Below, piece after piece: positions 63,100 to 64,000 of a stretch of DNA of 64,000 nt. Under the pieces are notes generated by a model, which was given only the letters and a program-made list of their open reading frames with translations, was not told where the DNA came from and ran no database searches. The stretch is from Owenia fusiformis (Eukaryota): positions 48,298,001-48,362,000 of the forward strand of contig CAIIXF020000001.1 of assembly GCA_903813345.2 (NCBI GenBank). Reading direction: 5' to 3'. Made by a program: the position numbers and the translations under genes. Position 1 is the first letter of the stretch. Each line of letters begins with the position of its first letter.

Positions 63100-63546
63100 G
63101 TAAGTACATGTATATTAAATGTCATTTCCTTGACTAAATTACTCTTTTTAGAGAATGTAGAGTTTTACTTGGGATCAGAGGTGTAATAGGGCCCAAAATT
63201 ATAGATGTTAATTTTATGTACATGTATTATTATAACTAGGTAATCTGTGTACTTGGTCATTGGATGAGCTATAAATTTTTTAAGTTTTGGATAAAAGCTA
63301 TGATGTGAGATGAAATGATATTGAATAAGAATCTAGATATGATAGTTCATTTATTATATTAATCATATTCAGCATGCATGTTTTTGACAGTTTCATAGTT
63401 GTGATATAGTTGTCATTGTCATTCAAAACCTTTTTGACATTTATGTATGTACACCATATGGAATTAATAAATACATATATTTGAAAATTCTTCACTCATT
63501 GACTTTACTCATTGCTCTTTATACTTGATGTATTTTTATGCTTCAG

Positions 63547-63609
63547 ATCGTATCCATGTAATTGATTGCCTTTCAAACATCTGGATGCTGGATGGAAGGA
63601 TTATTACAT
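63547..63609 (+). CDS. LRR gene exon 5 (LRRcap: YRIHVIDCLSNIWMLDGRIIT)
   Basis: CTTCAG|AT...ACAT|GTAAGT; YRxxVIxxLxxLxxLDG LRRcap motif; phases fit. Confidence 0.9.
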
Positions 63610-63944
63610 GTAAGTAGCCTAAATGCTTTTTGTCTCACGTGGTGAGTGTATAGAATCACCCTCTCATCCATCAGTTATCCATCAAGAATTTTTGGAAATA
63701 ATGAAAACTGCCATTCATCATTCACTCTTCATTTAAAAAGTTAATATATCCTGGAAAGTTCTATTAGTACATAGTCTGATTTTCACAATATGAATGATAA
63801 CATAAAACAATTTACAATGTACAGTACATGCATATCTATAATCAATCACATGTATTATTAAGTATTTTTGGATTAATTCAATGTTGAATGCTCATGACAA
63901 ACATCATCAAAAAATGTACTGCAAACATGTTTCTATTATTTCAG

Positions 63945-64000
63945 CTGCGGAGCGTCATCAAGTTGAACAGTTCTTTAATGATACAGCTCTGTCTGCCCAT
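63945..64000 (+). CDS. LRR gene exon 6, partial (SAERHQVEQFFNDTALSAH...)
   Basis: TTTCAG|CT, phase 1; continues the LRRcap T.xER helix; runs off the window. Confidence 0.8.
   Translation, partial: MRSVIKLNSSLMIQLCLP

Noticed and set aside
1..64000. A neighbouring TET/JBP dioxygenase or other base-modification partner gene
   Set aside because: No 2OG-Fe(II) dioxygenase-like, methylase or kinase coding sequence was recognisable in the window; any partner would have to be unlinked.

Overview
AT-rich, intron-containing animal (invertebrate-like) genomic DNA dominated by nested non-autonomous transposons; there is no prokaryotic operon structure and no rRNA, tRNA or CRISPR signal. Three host genes can be reconstructed by hand. 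(1) A + strand gene (CDS exons 15259-15375, 20680-20892, 21207-21341, 23310-23406, 26537-31572; about 1865 aa if all are used). It encodes an N-terminal 9-Cys CXC/tesmin-type domain, a circularly permuted superfamily-2 helicase/ATPase (DEAH and motifs III-VI come before Walker A), a GREB1/JGT-type (TAGT) GT-A glycosyltransferase and a C-terminal ZZ zinc finger. This makes it a candidate animal DNA-base-glycosylating enzyme and the highlight of the window. (2) A - strand signal-peptide, Cys-rich, probably multi-pass membrane protein gene (about 35160-52594) that appears to be disrupted by a ~9.9-kb nested insertion. (3) A + strand LRR/LRRcap gene starting at 56146 and running off the window, with an RFX-like X-box upstream and a LINE with intact ORF2 in intron 2. 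All gene models and family assignments come from manual reading of motifs and splice phases, not from database searches.
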